This document shows positions 58,534 through 64,000 of a DNA stretch of 64,000 bases, in pieces. A model generated the notes under the pieces. The model saw only the letters and a list, made by a program, of their open reading frames with translations. It was not told where the DNA came from and made no database searches. The first letter of the stretch is position 1; every line of letters begins with the position of its first letter. The position numbers were made by a program, and so were the translations under genes. This DNA comes from Sporopachydermia quercuum. Lineage: Eukaryota. The stretch covers positions 376,138 through 440,137 of the forward strand of contig BCGN01000004.1 of the NCBI GenBank assembly GCA_001599295.1. The letters run 5' to 3'.

Positions 58534-60379
58534 ATGCAATCTGATAATACGGCTTTTGAGCCAACAACTTTCAATTCTTGCACGCATATAACGCAGTTGT
58601 TGGCGTCTTCATCTCGTGATAATGCTCTTAACGCTTATGGTTATGGTGTACAAGTTGCTCTATTGAATTCGCATTTGAACAATCATGGTCATCGATATTA
58701 CACATTGAAAGGCAAACTGAACTCAGGCTCTGAAGGGCCACGGAAAAGAAATTACATAGAAAGTGGTAAGTTAAATGCTCTTAGGTCTAAAGCACTAAGA
58801 TGTCGTGGTTGCAAACAATACTCTGAGAATTCTTTCATGTGTCTTCAATGTCCTCATGTAGGTTGCTGGGATTCGAGACATGCTGTGAGTCATTTCAAAG
58901 CTACAAATCATTGTTTTGGTATTGATTCAAAACACGGAATACTCTATTGCTTCAAATGTGACGATTATATTGGCGATCCGCGTCTGGAAGCTATCCGTAT
59001 ATCAAAGATGAACAAAGGTTGCAAATGTCAGTATAAATATGGAATTCTTTCATCAGCAAACGTGATCCCAGTACTGTCAACTGAGAATAACCAAGAAAAT
59101 ATTAAAGAATCTAAGCTCATAACTGCAAACTCCAAAATGCCTTCATTCAAAGCAAGCACTGGCCTTAGAGGGTTTTACAATATGGGTTCTACATGTTTCA
59201 TGTCAGTTATTTTACAATCTTTCATTCATAATCCTTTCATACGTAATTATTATCTTTCTGGTAATTATGAAACTTGTGAGACTGATAGTTGTTTAAGCTG
59301 TTGTCTTGAAGAAATTTTCATTGAATTCTTCGCATCAAATTCAACAGTCGCTTATGGTCCTACTTCTCTACTAGTTGGTGCCTGGAAGACTAAAAGGTTT
59401 CTTGCTGGTTACTCTGAGCAAGATGCCCATGAATTTTGGCAGCTGTTATTAAATGAATTACACTTGAAGTCAGGTGAACACGACGTTGAGAAATTACCAA
59501 GCATAAAAAGTGAAGATCCCCTTATTCAATCAGCAGACTTCAGTTGCTCTTGTATTGTTCATAGTACCTTTAGAGGTGGACTACTATCAACAATTAGTTG
59601 TAATAACTGTAAATCTGTCAACAGAAAAGTGGATCCAGTGTTAGATATTAATTTAGAGATTAGTCAATTATTATCTAATGGTAACGGTAACGGTAATGGT
59701 AAAGCTAATTCTGGTTCCCCAGCAGCGGTAACTCTTGAACGATGTCTAGAAAGGTTCACATCAGAGGAGAAACTAGAGAATTCATATACTTGCGACGAAT
59801 GTTTTAGTGAAGGGAACTGCGTGAAACAACTTTCTATTTGGAAGCTTCCTAATGTGTTAACTATTCAATTGAAGGTAAGAATATTTTTGTGGTTAAGTTT
59901 TAACAAACTTTTCGATACCGTGAAATACAGTATGATACTAGTGACCAATTTTCTAACCAATTTAATAGCGGTTCCGGCATTTCGGCACAAACTCCACTAA
60001 GATTGAAGATTTAGTTCAGTTTCCTTTATTCATTGATATGGGAAAGTATACAAGTAGACAAGAATCTGATACTCATGATACTAATACCAAGTACATTTAT
60101 GAGTTATTTGGTGTTGTATGTCATCAAGGAAGTGTTAATACTGGTCACTATACTTGTTTCATGAAGACTAATATGTCACATGTATGTAACATTTGAAAAA
60201 TGTGTTCGGTTAGCTTCTTTACAAATAAGAAAAATTGCTAGAAAATACGATACTAACATTTTCAGTGGTTTCAATTTGATGATGCTCAAGTTACTGCAAC
60301 AACAGCAGAAAGAGTTCTGAAATCTAGAGCTTATCTTTTGTTTTATATTGTTCGAGATATTTCCATTACTAAACCTTAG
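58534..60379 (+). CDS. UBP8: SAGA deubiquitinase Ubp8; exons 58534-59874, 59969-60181, 60266-60379 (555 aa)
   Basis: ZnF-UBP (CLQCPHVGC, CFKCDDY), Cys box NMGSTCFMS, QDAHEF; His box HQGSVNTGHY and WFQFDD restored after removing two introns. Confidence 0.92.
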
Positions 60380-60587
60380 GTTTTACTTAGCAATATATCT
60401 CATAAATAACGTGAGACATTAACACATACATTATATTAACATCAACTTACATAATTTCCAATTGCATTATAACCAATATTGAAAATATATTCATCTAACT
60501 CTCATATTGAATAATGATAATTAGGAAATGTTTCTTCCACTGTACTATTTATGTACCTTACTTGATTTCATTTGCTTGGCATTCAAA

Positions 60588-61373
60588 TCAATCAAAATCA
60601 CTGTCATAATCAGCATCGTTACTTGATTTATTAGTAAATCCATCGCGTAATCTTGAATTTCTATTGATGTACAATTTACCACCATACCCATCCGGACCAT
60701 TTTCATCATATTCACCATCGGAGTCACGTGCTTTGTTTCGTTCCAATCGTTTATCACCATCTTTAACTGCTCCAATAGAGACTAAAACATCTTCAACATC
60801 GGTTACATTGGTTTTCAAACCTCCTAACAAAGTCAGAGTAACATATTGTTTAACCACGTCCTTATTATGATATATCAGTATAGTAGGAACATTTTTATCA
60901 GGATAGTTTTCAATAGCTCTAGTAGCAATAATCTTAACAAATTTGATCTCCGGATATTTTGGTGCTATCACGCCGAGAAGCTCATTTAATAGCTTACTTT
61001 GAGTATTTGAATTCTGATATAAATGAGCAAATACGAAACTGTCGTCACTGGCATCAGTGATCTCTTTCTTATAATCAGGTTTCGATATCTCATAAACTGA
61101 TCCGAACTTTGCCTTAGAGTATAGATCTTTTATTTCAGCCATTCGCTTTTGTTTGTAAAAATCAAGAAAGTCTTCATCTTCTTCATCTTCAAGAGCTTCT
61201 AATTCATCTAAATCCTTATTCTCTAATCTATTCTCATAAGACTTCCCCAAAGCCTCTTGAATTGCCTCTTCTATTTGTGTTGATGGTGATGGAGGTCGGT
61301 CTGGTATGATACCATGTGATCTTAAAATATCGTTCCATTCTGTATCCTCGTCAGGATTTACTTGGACATTCAT
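60588..61373 (-). CDS. PLP2: Phosducin-like protein 2 (CCT co-chaperone)
   Basis: EDTEWNDILRSHGIIP, KFGSVYEISKPDY, AIENYPDKNVPTIL. Confidence 0.92.
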   Translation of the reverse strand: MNVQVNPDEDTEWNDILRSHGIIPDRPPSPSTQIEEAIQEALGKSYENRLENKDLDELEALEDEEDEDFLDFYKQKRMAEIKDLYSKAKFGSVYEISKPDYKKEITDASDDSFVFAHLYQNSNTQSKLLNELLGVIAPKYPEIKFVKIIATRAIENYPDKNVPTILIYHNKDVVKQYVTLTLLGGLKTNVTDVEDVLVSIGAVKDGDKRLERNKARDSDGEYDENGPDGYGGKLYINRNSRLRDGFTNKSSNDADYDSDFD

Positions 61374-61905
61374 GTTGACAAATATGTACCTTTAAATATT
61401 ACAATGCTGGTTCTATGAAATTCAATAAAAGCAATTATATTGTACATTGAAAGATACTGGATAAATAGTTCGTTGTCCTTCAAATCATCAAAAGTCTGGA
61501 GGTTCCTCCGTCCAGACTATGGGCAAAGAGACACTCCTTTCCTTTTTCTTTACAAGTTTATGTGCAAGCACGGGAGGAGAGGTTATGTAAATTGAGTTTG
61601 GATTTAAGGTTTGAGAATGCATTATAGTGCAAGGGGCTTACAAACGTTATTAGTTTTCTTACTAAACAATCTATCAATTGAGAGTATACTAAATATTGAG
61701 ATATGGAAATTCCTAATGTTTTCTAGAACCAGATGAATCGCAAAATGGTTAATAAGATATTTCTGGTTTTCATTGAGTTTCTTTTTGTACAAGTGAGATA
61801 TTTGTGTTGTCATTATAACAGAATACAAACTCATTAACTATCATCTTCTTCCTTGCTTTCTTACTTTCAGATTAGATACTGTTTAAAGGGTTAAAGCATG
61901 CTTCA

Positions 61906-63941
61906 TTATTTGAAGAGCTCTGGGAAAATCTTTTTCTTCAAAGTCTTTTTGTTGACTTTACCCATCTGATTTCTAGGTATAGTATCAACTATCCTGACAA
62001 CCTTTGGAATCTTATATCCTGAAAGAATTTCATCTAATTGACCTTTCAGCCATTCGACAGTAATATCTTCAGGATTGGCCTATTTAGCAGGACTTTGTTA
62101 GTATAATTATTCCAATAGAACGTGTTTGTTATGATCAAGTTTACTCACCTTTTCCGAGACCTTGATTACAGCCGAGACCTGCTCACCCCATTCTTTCGAG
62201 GGTAAACCGACTACTACACATTCGGAAATTTCGGGCCTAAAGGTCTGTTAGTAACGATTCAACAGAATATATCATAGTGCACTCTAACTAGCTGATTATT
62301 AACTTACAAAGAAAGTATCTCCTTCTCTATTTCTAGTGCTGAGATTTTCTCTCCTCCTGACTTGATTATATCCATACTACTACGGCCAAGAATGACAAAT
62401 GTACCTTCATTATCTACCCGAACGATGTCCCCAGTTTCAAACCAACGTACTCCTTGAGAATCATAATCAAATGATTCTTCTGTTGCTTTTGGATTATTGA
62501 AGTACTTGGCAAAAACGGTTGATCCAGATATTTGCAGTTCACCCAGTACCTTATTGTCTACAAGGTTATCATAATAAGAATCAAAGTTATCTGACTGATA
62601 TAACACCTCGCGAGGATTTTTGACCCCATCTTCATCACTTTGAACTACTCGAGCAACGACTCCAGGGACTGGAAATCCTACTGAGCCATTTTTTCTTTTC
62701 TCTGCCACTAAAGGTTGAGACAAGGTAATACCAGTTTCCGTCATACCGTATCTTTCAAGTAACGGAGCGTTACCACCGGAAATTTTATCCCAGTTATCTC
62801 TTAGTGGAGCAGGTAATGCAGCCGAACCACACATTACCAGCTTGAGGTTCTCTTTTAGTCCTGTTGTGATGGCAGTCTGTACTTCTGAAGAAGACTCCTT
62901 CTCATACTTCTCAATCAATTTTGTATAAATAGTGGGCACAGCTGTATATGCATTTATTGGCTTTAAATCAAAAGCGCACATTTCAGGCTTGAGCTTAACT
63001 CCTTTAGGTGAGGATAAAATTTGCAACGCCTTAGAAGCCTCAAAAGGGAATAAAAAGTTGACAGAACCACCGCGCGTCAATGGAACAGTCATGGCATTCA
63101 AAATTCCATGGATATGATGTAATGGAAGATTATGTAGAAAGTTTGTTTCAGGATTGATTTTCCATGCCTGCGCTAAACCGTCGGCTTGAGCAAGGAATGT
63201 TGTTAACGGCGTTAGTACACCTTTGGGATTTCCACTGGTACCAGATGTATAAAGCATAAGACCGGAAGTAGCTGATGTAGGAATCGTTGCTGAGGTACTA
63301 TCTGAAAAACTAGGGATGCTTTTGTTGAAAACTTTCTCATAAACAATGAACTCAAATCCTTGGTTATCATCGACTAATTTATTGACAATTTTCTTCAAGT
63401 GCTCTTCAAATCGTGCTGTTGTAATTAGGATTTTTGCTTTGCTATGGTTTAATACATACGCAATTTCTCTGTCTGTATGTTTAGTACATAAGGGAACTGC
63501 CAATGTATGAGGAAGACTTAGGCAACCATAAAAAGATGTAGCAAACTCAAAGGAGTTTTCACCCATGATCGCAATTGGAATATAGTTTTGTTCTTTGGTA
63601 GTATCTTGTGATTCAGATGATGCATAAATTGGTCTTAAAGCTTCATTCCACTGTTTACTTTCATTACTGATATACTTATTTACTCTAATTGAGTTATCAA
63701 GCAGTTTTGTATAAGAAAAACAATTACCACTGTTGACATGAGAAATTGCAATCTTCCTATCATCTTTGATTGAATGGTCAATGAATGATGCTAAAATTGG
63801 GTTCTGGCGAAACTTATCTAAGGATTTGAATGATCTAGTCATTCTTGTATGAGAAAATAGTCTGTAAGAATAATGGAATGGAATCAATGCTTTTCTGGCC
63901 GTTATTTGAGTGGAATTTAATGATTTTACTACTAAATACAT
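61906..63941 (-). CDS. Mitochondrial acyl-CoA synthetase, ACSF3/malonyl-CoA synthetase-like; exons 63941-62308, 62236-62149, 62079-61906 (631 aa)
   Basis: YTSGTSGNPKGV, LPLHHIHG, ERYGMTE, WFETGD, IIKSGGEKISALEIE; after two TACTAAC introns the C-terminus has IPRNQMGKVNKK. Confidence 0.85.
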
Positions 63942-64000
63942 GATTGGTTTATTCCTGTATGTTTGTTTTCAATGGTTGGTACCTTTGTCGACTTGGTACA

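Noticed and set aside
1..64000. tRNA, rRNA, snRNA genes, CRISPR arrays and mobile elements
   Set aside because: No diagnostic motifs found by eye; tRNAscan-SE and Infernal would be needed to exclude them formally.

Overview
Eukaryotic genomic window from an AT-rich, fairly intron-rich budding yeast (Saccharomycotina). CTG reads as Leu at conserved sites, so it is apparently not a CUG-Ser or CUG-Ala clade. It holds about 22 protein genes: NMD3 (3' end), PDH1/prpD, a CDC15-family kinase, LEM3, SUP45, two paralogous Zn2Cys6 transcription factors, EFB1 (with intronic snR18), SFH1, phenol 2-monooxygenase, a GRE2-like reductase, a PhyH-family dioxygenase, a DNF1/2 flippase, a DUF4336-like protein, UBC13, a small unknown membrane protein, PAB1, a GCR1_C-domain factor, SUI3, PIN3/LSB1, UBP8, PLP2 and an ACSF3-like acyl-CoA synthetase. 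Ten gene models were rebuilt by hand across 18 coding-region introns that the ORF track misses. The most notable structure is a pair of same-strand Zn2Cys6 paralogs. They share a near-identical DNA-binding domain, an AT-hook-like motif and an intron position, but have unrelated C-termini (Q/H-rich vs. a long regulatory region). They bracket an ~8.8 kb ORF-free AT-rich region, which could be a very long regulatory region or a regional centromere. Other leads are a degenerate MLLE-like ORF facing PAB1, a triple-stop uORF before eRF1, a structured LEM3 intron, a variant snR18 guide and CCG/CGG palindromes upstream of catabolic genes. All family calls come from motif recognition, not database searches.
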